A stretch of DNA of 64,000 nucleotides, taken from assembly GCA_903919205.1 (NCBI GenBank), contig CAIXHE010000001.1:15618-79617 (forward strand). The letters run 5' to 3'. The DNA comes from an uncultured Opitutaceae bacterium. Lineage in GTDB: Bacteria; Verrucomicrobiota; Verrucomicrobiia; Opitutales; Opitutaceae. Every line of letters starts with the position of its first letter. The stretch's first letter is position 1. The notes under the pieces were generated by a model. It was not told where the DNA came from, did not search any database, and worked only from the letters and a program-made list of their open reading frames with translations. The position numbers and the translations under genes are program-made. This document shows positions 39,476 through 48,521 of the stretch, piece by piece.

Positions 39476-40546
39476 TCAGTGCGGGACGTCCATGTGGTAG
39501 GCGTAGACCCCGTCCACGAACTTGCCGTGGTCGACAGCCGGGACAAATACCGAGGATTTCCTGAGGGCGTCGGCGAGCGGGGCGGCCATGCCGGGAGGAA
39601 GGCTCTCGGGAACGATGTCCACCGCGGGGATCGACCCGTCCGCGGCCACGTGGATCTTGGCGTCGACCGTGTAGATTTTCCTCTGGCGAAGCCCCTCCGC
39701 CACGAGCGGGTTGCCCATCGGGACCGGATCGCTCTTGCCGTTTGCATAGAGCACGGTCTGCACGGCCGAAAGGTAGTGGGCGCGGGATGCCCAGCCGTGG
39801 TGGTTGGACGGGCGGATCTGGTCCAGCAGGGCCGCCGTCTTGGCGAAGGTCTGGCGGATCTGGTTCTCGTTCATCGCATCGGGCCCGAAAATGGCCACCC
39901 CGCTGCGGGTGGCCACCACGAGGCCGTAGTTGATCTGGGGGGTCCACCTGCGGATCGTGTCCATCTCGACCTGCTGGCGGTAGTCCGTCACGAGCCAGCC
40001 GCCCTTCATCGTGATGGCGAGCGAGGCGTGCTCGGCCGGGCTCTCTTGGACGCCGAAGAGCACGCCCTGGACCTCGCCGGGAAACGCGGCCTGGAGCTTC
40101 GAGAAGAGTTCGGGAGTAGTCTTCCCCACCATGTCCCACGCCTGCGACACGCTGTTGGTCGTGAAGAAGAACATGTAGAGCTCCGGCTCGGGGCGGCCCT
40201 TCAGGTCGTCGGGCACGAGCCGGTCGCCGTCGTATTTCATGAGCCGTCCCTGCACCTCCTCGCTGACGGGGCTCTTCGCCCGGCTCCAGTCGTCGGCCCG
40301 GGGAGCGCGCTTGGAGACGGCTTGGTAAAACCGCAGGCAGTCCTCTGAGGTGAGCATGGAGAACGGGACCATGGCGCCATTATCGAAGAGCGCGACCGGC
40401 CCGAGGGCCTCGACGGCCTCGGCCTCGATCACTTCCCCCTTGGCGAGGGTCCATTGACTTGTCTTGGCGAGGGATTGGACCGGAAAGGCCGCAAGGGCGG
40501 CCGCAATGAAGACACACAGGGCAGGAGACGTTAGCTTTTTGGGCAT
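39476..40546 (-). CDS. secreted hypothetical protein (thioredoxin-fold-like middle region without CxxC; TonB-C-like tail)
   Basis: It has a signal peptide, MPKKLTSPALCVFIAAALAAFPVQSLA. The C-terminal roughly 80 aa (KIYTVDAKIHVAADGSIPAVDIVPESLPPGMAAPLADALRKSSVFVPAVDHGKFV) resemble a TonB C-terminal fold. These domain calls are weak. Confidence 0.55.
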   Translation of the reverse strand: MPKKLTSPALCVFIAAALAAFPVQSLAKTSQWTLAKGEVIEAEAVEALGPVALFDNGAMVPFSMLTSEDCLRFYQAVSKRAPRADDWSRAKSPVSEEVQGRLMKYDGDRLVPDDLKGRPEPELYMFFFTTNSVSQAWDMVGKTTPELFSKLQAAFPGEVQGVLFGVQESPAEHASLAITMKGGWLVTDYRQQVEMDTIRRWTPQINYGLVVATRSGVAIFGPDAMNENQIRQTFAKTAALLDQIRPSNHHGWASRAHYLSAVQTVLYANGKSDPVPMGNPLVAEGLRQRKIYTVDAKIHVAADGSIPAVDIVPESLPPGMAAPLADALRKSSVFVPAVDHGKFVDGVYAYHMDVPH

Positions 40547-40637
40547 AACAGGGGTGGGGTGGGGTTCTTTTTACCCCCGATCCGCGGAGCGGCAAGAGGC
40601 AATTTGCGCTCCCTGAGCGCGGGGCGCCGCGCACCCG

Positions 40638-41942
40638 CTATCGAGACTGGGCCGCGAGCAGCGTGCGCACCGAATCAATCAGGCTCTGGACCTTGAAGGG
40701 CTTGTAGAGGAAGCCGTGGGCGACCCGCTCCATGGCGGCGTTGCCCCCGTCGTTGGCGAGGCCGCTCATCGCGAGCACCTTCACGGTGGGATTGAGGTGC
40801 TTCACGACCCGAGCGAGGGCCACGCCGTCGAGGTTGGGTATGATCACGTCGGTGATGACCAGCCTGAACTCGGTGCTGCGAGCGGCGAACAAGGCGAGCG
40901 CCTTTGTGCCGTCGCCCGCGGTCACCACCTGGTAGCCGAGCCTTGTCAGCATGGCCGCGGTCATGTCCCGGATCTGCGGCTCGTCGTCGACGACGAGGAT
41001 CAAGTCCCCCACGGGCCCGGGCGCAGACGCCGCCTCCGCCGCCGGGAAGTAGATCCGGAAGGTGGTCCCCTCCCCGGGGACCGACTTGACGCTCACGAAG
41101 CCCTGGTGCCCGTCCACGATTCCACGGACGGTCGAGAGCCCGAGCCCCGTGCCCTTGCCAGGCTCCTTCGTCGTGAAGAACGGCTCCCAGATGTGCGCCA
41201 GGGTTTCGGCTGAGATCCCGACCCCCGTGTCCGACACCTCGAGCATCACCCAAGCCCCGGGCTGGCCGCCCTCGATCTTGCGCGAGCGCGCCTCGTCGAG
41301 CAGGAGGTTCTCGGCACGGATGCTCAGCACGCCCCCGTTCGGCATGGCGTCCCGCGCGTTCACGCACAGGTTCAGCAGAATCTGGTGCATCTGCGCGGGC
41401 TCCGCCATGACGGGCCACAGGTTCGGGGGAAAGCAATGCTCGAGCCGTATGTTGCTCGGGAACGTGGCCGTAGCGATGTCGACCAGCTCCGCGCCCGCCT
41501 CGGCGACGTTGACCGGCCTGCGGGCCGCGCCTGCTCCGTTGGCGAACGCCACGATCTGGCGCACGAGCGCGATGCCCCGCTCGGCGCTCTTCTCGAGCGA
41601 TGCGATCAGCTGGAGGTCCTCGGGGTGGGTCGCGCGCTCCCTCAGGATCGGCGCCGCCAGGATGATCGGGCTGAGTACGTTGTTGAGGTCGTGCGCGATG
41701 CCGGAGGCCAACATCCCGATGCTCTCAAGGCGGTGTGACCGCACGCTCAGGTCCCCGGAGTCCACCAGCGACCGGCTCGTGGTCGGCAGGGTCTCCGGCG
41801 GTGGCGGGGAGGGGTTCATGTCGGGGAAGCTCAATGGGCGGCGCCCGCGGGGCATCCGGCGCAAACCCGGGTACGGCACCGCCTGCCCGGGTGGCGGGGT
41901 CGTCCGAGCGGTCGGCCGAGGTCGTCCATAGAACCTAACCAT
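40638..41942 (-). CDS. cytoplasmic hybrid sensor histidine kinase/response regulator (no obvious input domain)
   Basis: HisKA SIGMLASGIAHDLNNVL, a HATPase region (NLCVNARDAM ... GTGLGLS), and a C-terminal receiver (ILVVDDE ... LVITDVIIPNLDG). The start is uncertain: ATG 41942 (at the GC/AT composition boundary), 41855 or 41819. Confidence 0.8.
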   Translation of the reverse strand: MVRFYGRPRPTARTTPPPGQAVPYPGLRRMPRGRRPLSFPDMNPSPPPPETLPTTSRSLVDSGDLSVRSHRLESIGMLASGIAHDLNNVLSPIILAAPILRERATHPEDLQLIASLEKSAERGIALVRQIVAFANGAGAARRPVNVAEAGAELVDIATATFPSNIRLEHCFPPNLWPVMAEPAQMHQILLNLCVNARDAMPNGGVLSIRAENLLLDEARSRKIEGGQPGAWVMLEVSDTGVGISAETLAHIWEPFFTTKEPGKGTGLGLSTVRGIVDGHQGFVSVKSVPGEGTTFRIYFPAAEAASAPGPVGDLILVVDDEPQIRDMTAAMLTRLGYQVVTAGDGTKALALFAARSTEFRLVITDVIIPNLDGVALARVVKHLNPTVKVLAMSGLANDGGNAAMERVAHGFLYKPFKVQSLIDSVRTLLAAQSR

Positions 41943-42072
41943 CAGATGCAAACCAGTTTCCTCGAATTTGAATTCTACGTTTTTTTACGTAATAAGCCTC
42001 CGTGTTGGTAGAAACTATGCTGCGTATTTAAGTGTTCTTGAGGTCCTTGCGCTCGAGTCTATCAACAATACC

Positions 42073-42735
42073 GTGAAAATCGTCATCGTCGAAGACCACC
42101 TGATGATTCGCGACGTGATCCGAAAGGTCTGCAGTTCGGAGTTTGGTTACTCGGTGGTCGGCGAGACGGATTCGGGGGTCGAGGCCGTGGAGCTCATACT
42201 CAAGCACCGTCCCGATGCGGTGGTCCTGGACCTTTCTCTTCCCGACATGGACGGCTTCAACGTGGCGGATCGCGTGCTCAAGGTGATCCCGAGCCTGCGG
42301 ATCTTGATGCTCTCCTCCCACTGCGACGACTACACGCTTTTCCGCGTCGAGAAGTCGGGCGTGCACGGGTTCATAGACAAGAACAGCAACACCGTGGAGA
42401 TCCTCAAGGACGCGCTGAAGGCACTGTCGGAGGGCAGGATCTATTTCTCGCAGGCTTTCCAGAACGCGAGGGTCGCTCGCCGATCGGATCCCCGGTCGTT
42501 CATCAAGGTGCTGTCGGACTGGGAGCGGGCGATCCTCTCGCTGATCGGCCAGGGGCTGAGCGACGAGGAGATCGGCGTCCGGCTCAACCTCTCGCCCCGC
42601 ACCGTGCAGACGCACCGCAGCAACATCCTGCGCAAGCTCGACCTGAAGGGGACGCCGAAGCTGATCGCCTTCGCGGTGGAGAACGGCTTCACGCAGGTGC
42701 AGTCGAAGAGCGGTACGATCCCAGTTTATACCTGA
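42073..42735 (+). CDS. NarL/FixJ (LuxR-type HTH) response regulator
   Basis: The GTG at 42073 gives [14 protein letters not shown] ... [12 protein letters not shown] ... the Lux[47 protein letters not shown]. Confidence 0.85.
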   Translation: MKIVIVEDHLMIRDVIRKVCSSEFGYSVVGETDSGVEAVELILKHRPDAVVLDLSLPDMDGFNVADRVLKVIPSLRILMLSSHCDDYTLFRVEKSGVHGFIDKNSNTVEILKDALKALSEGRIYFSQAFQNARVARRSDPRSFIKVLSDWERAILSLIGQGLSDEEIGVRLNLSPRTVQTHRSNILRKLDLKGTPKLIAFAVENGFTQVQSKSGTIPVYT

Positions 42736-45700
42736 AGCCCTGGTACTCGGCGTCGAAGTCCGCAAAGATCTCCTCGAGGCGGCCGCGCGCCGCCGTGGGC
42801 GCGGCGTTCTGAAGCAGCGAGGCGAGGCGGCTCATGCGCGCGTGCTTGACGAGGCTGCAGTGCGAGAGGAGGCGGTGCGCCAGGCGTGCCACCTCGCCGC
42901 GGTCGAGCGACGCGATGGCCGAGCGGGCCATCTCGCGGTCCGCCTCGAACGCCTTGAGGTAGCGCTCGATTTGGCCCTTGAGGCCGCCCGGCGACTCGCT
43001 CGCCAGGAAGCGCAGCATCTCCATGTCGATGTCTCCCGAATGCCCGGGATTCGGCTCCTGCAGGCGCACCTCGATCGGCGCGGCGATGCCCACCGAAACG
43101 GCGAGCCGGCTCAGGGCCGAGGCGATCTTCGCCGGCGTGATCGGCTTCGAGATGAAGGCGTCCATGCCCGCCTTGAGGCAGGCCTCCCGGTTGAACTCGG
43201 TCGAGTGGGCTGTCGTGGCGACGAGGATCGTTCGCCGCTGCGCCGGCTCGGTCGTGCGGAAGCGTGCGGCGACCTCGGTGCCCGTCAGTCCGGGCAGGTT
43301 CCAGTCGAGGAAAACGACGTCGTAGCGCTTTTCTGCCAGGCGCTGGAGCGCCGAGTGCCCGTCGGTCGCCACGTCCGACTCCAGCCCGAGCCGGCGCAGG
43401 ATCGCCTGCATGGCGATGATGTTGTACTCAATATCCTCGACGATCAGGGCGCGGAGCGGGGCCAACCGGGCGACGGGCAGCGTCTCTGCGCCCTGGACGT
43501 CGGGGGCCGCCTCGAAGGGGATCTCGGCCCAGAAGCACGATCCCTCCCCGGGCCTCGAGTCGACGCCGACACGGCCGCCCATCTTGGTCGCCAGGAGCCT
43601 GCAGACGGCGAGGCCGAGCCCCGTCCCGCGGATGTTTCCCGCGCGCGCGGATTCCAGCCGCTGGAATTTGGTGAACAGGGATCCGGCCTCGGCCTCCGTC
43701 ATCCCGTTGCCCTGGTCCTGAACGAAGAGGCGGATGCGGCCGTGCAGCCCCAGGGAGGCTCCGAGCACCACGGGCCGGCCATTGCCGAACTTCAGCGCGT
43801 TCGAAAGGAAGTTGAGCGCGATCTGCTGGAAGCGGGCGGAGTCGCCGAGAAGGTGGTCGGGCACGTCGGGCGACACTCGCAGGCTCACCTCCACGCCCGC
43901 CTGGCGGGCGTTCTCCCCCACCATGGCGCAGCATTGCTCGAGGACCGCCCGCAGGTGGAAGGCAGCGAGGCGCAGCTCGACGCGGCCCGCCTCGATCTTC
44001 GAGAAATCGAGCACGTCGTCGACCAGGGTGGCCAGCAGGGCGGCGCAGCTGTTGATCGAGCGCGCCAGCTTTGCCTGCTTCTCGTCCAGGTGCGTGTCCT
44101 CGAATGCCATCGAGAGTCCGAGGATCCCCGAGATCGGGTTGCGGATCTCGTGGCTCATGTTTGCGAGGAACTCGGACTTGGCCTCGTTGGCCTTCTCGAG
44201 CTGCTCGGTCTTCTTGCGGACCAGCGCCTCCAGCCGGGCGTTTTGACGCCTCAGGTAGGCGAGGCGCCACCGGTGTGCCCCCAGCGCCCCGGTCAGGCCC
44301 AGCAGGCAGAATGCGGCGAGGGCGGCCGGGGTGCGGTACCAGGGCGGAAGCACCTCGAAGGACCAGACGCTCGCGGGACCGGGCAGGCCGGACTCATTCA
44401 CAACGCGCACGCTCAGCTGGTAGGCGCCGCTCTGAAGACCGATCAGGCTGGTGTGGTTAACCGAGGTCGGGGGCGACCAATCGGCCTGACCGCTTAGCCG
44501 CGTCTCGAAGCGGAAGGCGGGCCGCCGGGCGAACTGGAGGCTGCCGAAGTCAAACGTGACCGAGTTCTTGTCCGGGCCCAGTCGAGCCAGGTTCGGAATG
44601 CTGGATACGATGAGCGGGGCCGAGGGCAAGCGCTCGAGGCGCAGCAGCGACGGGTCGATCCTGAGGACGCGCTCCGCGCCGGCCACCCAGAGGATCCCCG
44701 TGGAGTCGACGGAGAGACCCTGTATGGTTCCGATTTCCGATACTCCCGGAACCTCGTAGGGGGTCCAAGTGGGCCCCTGCTCCTCGCTCCATGAGAGCCT
44801 GCCGAACACCGGCGTCCTCGGGCCCTCGGAGAACGGGCTCTCGAGAAAGGCCCAGACCCTCCCCGAGGCGTCCGGGTTGGAAACGGCGATGGCGGCCTTT
44901 TGGGGAATCATGGGGAGCGGCAGCCACTCCTCGGGGCCCGACCTGTAGATCCGGGGCCCCCCCGGCAAAAAGACGGCGACTGCGTCGCCCACGCGTGCCA
45001 CCCAACCGGGTCCGGGCGCGGTCGACATGCCGGTGGCTTCGCGGAAGGCCTTGCGCCCTTCGGCCGGGCCGGCTTCTCGAGGCACGAAAAACGCGCCCTT
45101 GCCCAACGTGCCCACCCACACGTTTCCCTGCCGATCCTCCACGATGCTGTTCGCGACGTCTGGAACCGTGGCGAGCACCGTCGGTTCCCAGGATCCCAGG
45201 CCGGAGGGGGAGGGTTTTAGTCTCAGAACCTGCTTGCCGCACACCGCGACAAGCGCCGACGGGTCCCCGCTCGAAGGGGTCAGCACCTCGACGTCGTTGT
45301 CCGACGAGAGGATCTGCGTGCAGAGGCCCTTGTCGATGTGGTCCAGCCGCTTGAATCCCCCGCAAAAGAGGTCTCCCGCGGGCCCTGGGAGGATGCAGCC
45401 GTACTCCTCATGCCCGCCTTCCAATGCCGCAAAGCCGGCCGGACCGGATCCCCCCGGCACCTCCTCCGCGCGGAATATGCCCTCCTCGGTCGCGACAAAC
45501 ACCTGCGATGCGGCCGTGGCGATCGCGAGGTACGGCTTTCCTTTTATTCCCTGTTGGGTGTCGAAAATCGAAACCCCCGCGTTCAGCTCGATCCTTGTGA
45601 TACCCCCGTTGGTCGTGGCCCAGAGGGCCCCCTCCCTGGAGACCAGAAGCGAATAGACACTCCGGGGCAGCACGCCATCAGGACCCCCGAGCACCCTGAG

Positions 45701-46588
45701 CAGGGCGCCCCCTGGCGAGACGAACGCGAGGCCCGCCTTCAGCGTGCCCACGCACAAGTTTCCATCGGGCAGCGGCACGCAGCAGACGGCTACATTTCGG
45801 CGAAGGAACTCGCTCGTGGAAGGGTTGAGCTCTGTCAGCTCCGTGGCCGTTTTTCGGAAGACGCCCGCGGTCGTGACCAGGAGGCTGCCTCCGGGACACG
45901 GCTGCATCCACAGCAGGGCTCCGCCGCGCATCTGCTCGGGGGTGAGTACGCGACGCGGTCCGGTCGCCTCAAGCACGCCCAAGCCGAAGCTTGCGTCGCT
46001 CAGGTAGATCGCGTCGCCCACCTTGGTCGCGAGCACCCTGCGGCGCACCGGCAGCTTGAAGGACTTGAAGGCGCGACCGTCCCATACGAGCACGGTATCC
46101 TCGGTCACGAAGACGGCGCCGTCGCCTTGGGCAAACACGTACCACACGTTCCCGAGTGCCCGCTGCGCCTCGGGGAGAAACCCCAAGAGCGAATGGTAGT
46201 CAGCGAGGCCCTGCTCGGTCCTCCGGAAAAACCCCATCGCGCCTGCGCCGGCCACCCACATGCGGCCGTCTCCGCCGAAGTCCACGCAGTTGACCTCATA
46301 GGTTCCCGGAACGGGCTGGCGCCGCCAGTGGTCGCCATCAAAGGTGAGCACCCCGTTGCTCCCGAAGTAGAGCATGCCCCTCTCGTCCTGAGTCGCGCAC
46401 CACGTCTGCTCGTCCCCTCCGAAATCACCTGCGCCGTAGGTATTGGCGGGTGGAAGGCCCCCCTGGGCGCGGACGAGCGGCGCCGTTGCGAGAGCCACCA
46501 GGCCCAGGCGTGTGAGGAAATGGTTTCTCAAGGCTTCGGTGAGAATCGGCTTCGCTTGACCAGAATGAAGCTTACTCAGAAAGGGCAT
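42689..46588 (-). CDS. hybrid sensor histidine kinase with periplasmic beta-propeller/Y_Y_Y-type sensor, receiver and Hpt domains
   Basis: About 1299 aa. It has a signal/anchor, about 750 aa of repeated propeller-like segments (..LWVGT..GL..), a TM ([17 protein letters not shown]), HisKA ([16 protein letters not shown]), HATPase (GTGLGLAV), a receiver ([13 protein letters not shown]) and Hpt ([10 protein letters not shown]). The ATG at 46588 is preferred over TTG 46591. Confidence 0.85.
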   Translation of the reverse strand: MPFLSKLHSGQAKPILTEALRNHFLTRLGLVALATAPLVRAQGGLPPANTYGAGDFGGDEQTWCATQDERGMLYFGSNGVLTFDGDHWRRQPVPGTYEVNCVDFGGDGRMWVAGAGAMGFFRRTEQGLADYHSLLGFLPEAQRALGNVWYVFAQGDGAVFVTEDTVLVWDGRAFKSFKLPVRRRVLATKVGDAIYLSDASFGLGVLEATGPRRVLTPEQMRGGALLWMQPCPGGSLLVTTAGVFRKTATELTELNPSTSEFLRRNVAVCCVPLPDGNLCVGTLKAGLAFVSPGGALLRVLGGPDGVLPRSVYSLLVSREGALWATTNGGITRIELNAGVSIFDTQQGIKGKPYLAIATAASQVFVATEEGIFRAEEVPGGSGPAGFAALEGGHEEYGCILPGPAGDLFCGGFKRLDHIDKGLCTQILSSDNDVEVLTPSSGDPSALVAVCGKQVLRLKPSPSGLGSWEPTVLATVPDVANSIVEDRQGNVWVGTLGKGAFFVPREAGPAEGRKAFREATGMSTAPGPGWVARVGDAVAVFLPGGPRIYRSGPEEWLPLPMIPQKAAIAVSNPDASGRVWAFLESPFSEGPRTPVFGRLSWSEEQGPTWTPYEVPGVSEIGTIQGLSVDSTGILWVAGAERVLRIDPSLLRLERLPSAPLIVSSIPNLARLGPDKNSVTFDFGSLQFARRPAFRFETRLSGQADWSPPTSVNHTSLIGLQSGAYQLSVRVVNESGLPGPASVWSFEVLPPWYRTPAALAAFCLLGLTGALGAHRWRLAYLRRQNARLEALVRKKTEQLEKANEAKSEFLANMSHEIRNPISGILGLSMAFEDTHLDEKQAKLARSINSCAALLATLVDDVLDFSKIEAGRVELRLAAFHLRAVLEQCCAMVGENARQAGVEVSLRVSPDVPDHLLGDSARFQQIALNFLSNALKFGNGRPVVLGASLGLHGRIRLFVQDQGNGMTEAEAGSLFTKFQRLESARAGNIRGTGLGLAVCRLLATKMGGRVGVDSRPGEGSCFWAEIPFEAAPDVQGAETLPVARLAPLRALIVEDIEYNIIAMQAILRRLGLESDVATDGHSALQRLAEKRYDVVFLDWNLPGLTGTEVAARFRTTEPAQRRTILVATTAHSTEFNREACLKAGMDAFISKPITPAKIASALSRLAVSVGIAAPIEVRLQEPNPGHSGDIDMEMLRFLASESPGGLKGQIERYLKAFEADREMARSAIASLDRGEVARLAHRLLSHCSLVKHARMSRLASLLQNAAPTAARGRLEEIFADFDAEYQGFRYKLGSYRSSTAPA

Positions 46589-46619
46589 CAAATTACTACA
46601 CGGAAAAACGTAAGTGGGG

Positions 46620-46633
46620 ACGTGGATCCACGT
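46620..46633. promoter_or_regulatory. perfect 14-bp palindrome ACGTGGATCCACGT in a divergent intergenic region (candidate operator)
   Basis: Read directly from the sequence. It lies 32 nt from the kinase ATG (46588, minus strand) and 49 nt upstream of the small ORF ATG (46682, plus strand). Confidence 0.3.
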
Positions 46634-46681
46634 GATAAATGGCGTCGGCGGAAGCCTCGCAAAAGTCCTAGTGTGGCGGCG

Positions 46682-46882
46682 ATGAAAACAACCACTCGTT
46701 TCACCCTCGGGCTCCTTTCGAGCCTTTTCCTCGTCGCCGGCTTCTCCCGCATCGCTCAGCTGCTGGACCCGGTATCCCGTCTGGCCTCAATCCAAGGCAG
46801 GAGCGGCGCTCTTGACCTTCTGGCTGCGGTTCCGTGCGCCCCTTGTAATTACGCCGCCCAGGGACCGTCTGAACTCGTTTGA
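46682..46882 (+). CDS. small ORF (66 aa) with a hydrophobic N terminus and a C-terminal C-A-P-C; candidate precursor or exported peptide
   Basis: ATG 46682, TGA 46880-46882; [66 protein letters not shown]. This is the tail of track ORF 45338..46882. Coding status is unproven because codon third positions are less GC-biased than in neighbouring genes. Confidence 0.35.
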   Translation: MKTTTRFTLGLLSSLFLVAGFSRIAQLLDPVSRLASIQGRSGALDLLAAVPCAPCNYAAQGPSELV

Positions 46883-46907
46883 GGAGGGTTCCCCGGAGAT
46901 TTCGACT

Positions 46908-47801
46908 ATGCTGAGTGTCGCAGGCTACCGCTACCGCAACGTGCTCGAGGCGCAGGGAGGTCCCGTAACCCGGATTTCCCTGCGCGAGTTTCAGGTCTAC
47001 GGCCGCAAGATGTACCAATCGAACGCGTGGCTCTCGCCGAGTGTCGTAGCTCCCCAGAAGCACCTGACGCTCTACAGCGACGCCGACGGCACCGGCACCT
47101 CCGAGCTCCCGATGGTCGCGCGCCACATGGCGATCTCCGAGGCCATGGAGCGATGGGCTTACCGGGTCAAGGTGCGCGCCGACGACCGCGAGCTCTACGG
47201 GTTTGACGTCGACGAGTCGTCGAACGGGATGGCGGCATTCCCCGGACTCTTCCACACGGAGGCGCGCAGGAGGGCCCATCTCGAGGCCGTCGAGCGCGCA
47301 AGCATCATCGCCTGGTGGGAGGGGCTGATCGACGGCGAGGTCCACACGACCGACTGGCCCGGGGTGAGCGCCCTCGTGCTCCCCAGCCCGATTGGATTTG
47401 GCGTGACGGTGATCGCGTTCCGCGAGGCGGCCGCCGGGTGCTTCGCCTACGGGCAGGGCGCCGCTCGGGACTTCTTCGGCGCGTGCGAGCGGGCGGTCAT
47501 GGAGCTCGCCCGCAACGAGTACGTCCTCGGTCTGCGGCGCGTGTCCCAGGGCCTGTCGACCGTGGAGAAACCGACCGACCTGTTCGAGCGGCGCTGCGTG
47601 TTCTTCTCGACGCCCGAGGGGCACGCGATGTTCCTGGAGCGCATCCACAGGAAGACCCGGGGCCCGCGCTTCACGTCTGAGATCGTCTGCGACACCGACA
47701 TCGCCGGTCCCTGGTCCGAGTACGCGTCGGTGTGGAGAACCGTGATCCGGCCCGTGACCAAGGAGTTCCTGGTCAACTCGGAGAGGTACTTCTTCTGGTA
47801 G
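46908..47801 (+). CDS. minimal YcaO-superfamily protein
   Basis: ATG at 46908, 297 aa. It carries two YcaO-like core motifs: DADGTGTSELPMVARHMAISEAMERWAY and ESSNGMAAFPGLFHTEARRRAHLEAVERASIIAWWEG. Confidence 0.6.
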   Translation: MLSVAGYRYRNVLEAQGGPVTRISLREFQVYGRKMYQSNAWLSPSVVAPQKHLTLYSDADGTGTSELPMVARHMAISEAMERWAYRVKVRADDRELYGFDVDESSNGMAAFPGLFHTEARRRAHLEAVERASIIAWWEGLIDGEVHTTDWPGVSALVLPSPIGFGVTVIAFREAAAGCFAYGQGAARDFFGACERAVMELARNEYVLGLRRVSQGLSTVEKPTDLFERRCVFFSTPEGHAMFLERIHRKTRGPRFTSEIVCDTDIAGPWSEYASVWRTVIRPVTKEFLVNSERYFFW

Positions 47802-47816
47802 GGCCGGTCCCGGTCC

Positions 47817-48368
47817 TCAGCCCGCGTGCCCCGGCGCGCGGGACCTGACCTCGCGCTCCAGGGCCTCAAGGCCTCGCACGAGGCGCTCCCTGAGCTCGTC
47901 GTGCATCCAGAGCTCCCCGGTGGGCGAGACCCTTGCCTGGTCGTCGACCGCGTACACGCCCTGCAGCAATTGGGTCGCCCCGAGGACCGAGAGCACCGGC
48001 TTCAGCGCGAAATCGATCATGAGCAGGTGCGCGGGGGACCCCCCGTTCGCGATGGGCAGCACCGCCTTCCCGTCGAGCCCGTGCTGGGGCAGGATGTCGA
48101 GGAACGCCTTGAGCAGGGCCGTGTAGGAGGCCTTGTACACCGGTGTCGCCACGACGAGGCCCCGCGCGCCCGCGACCAGGGCCTTGGGCCCCGCGAAGGC
48201 GGGGCTGTCATAGCGCGCGTGAAGAAGGTCCAGGGCGGGCAGGTCGGCAAGGGGCAGGAGGGTCGCCTCGAGCCCGCGGCCCGCGAGCCAGGCCTGCGCG
48301 TGGAGGAGGAGGGCGGTTGAGCGGGAGTGGGGGGATGCACTGCCGGAAAGGAGGACGACGTCGGGCAT
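47817..48368 (-). CDS. NAD(P)H-dependent FMN reductase (SsuE/flavodoxin-like fold)
   Basis: The ATG at 48368 gives MPDVVLLSGSASPHSRS ... VVATPVYKASYTALLKAFLD. Confidence 0.8.
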   Translation of the reverse strand: MPDVVLLSGSASPHSRSTALLLHAQAWLAGRGLEATLLPLADLPALDLLHARYDSPAFAGPKALVAGARGLVVATPVYKASYTALLKAFLDILPQHGLDGKAVLPIANGGSPAHLLMIDFALKPVLSVLGATQLLQGVYAVDDQARVSPTGELWMHDELRERLVRGLEALEREVRSRAPGHAG

Positions 48369-48521
48369 GATGGGCGCCCGCAAGGCAATCCCGCGCGATC
48401 ATCCGAGTCAAATGGCGAACAGGCCGAGGGTGTTTAACGGCGCCGGGGTGAGGGTCTTAATACCCTAGTGAAATGATCGGGTTTGACTTGGCCGCCGGCT
48501 TGGGGAGAGTGCAGGCTTCGC

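Noticed and set aside
37805-40348. 847-aa plus-strand ORF
   Set aside because: It is antisense to the GH172 gene and the secreted hypothetical gene, with no motifs and a skewed composition.
45338-46681. First 448 codons of track ORF 45338..46882
   Set aside because: They are antisense to the hybrid kinase sensor domain. Only the last 66 codons, starting at ATG 46682 in the intergenic region, were kept as a candidate small ORF.
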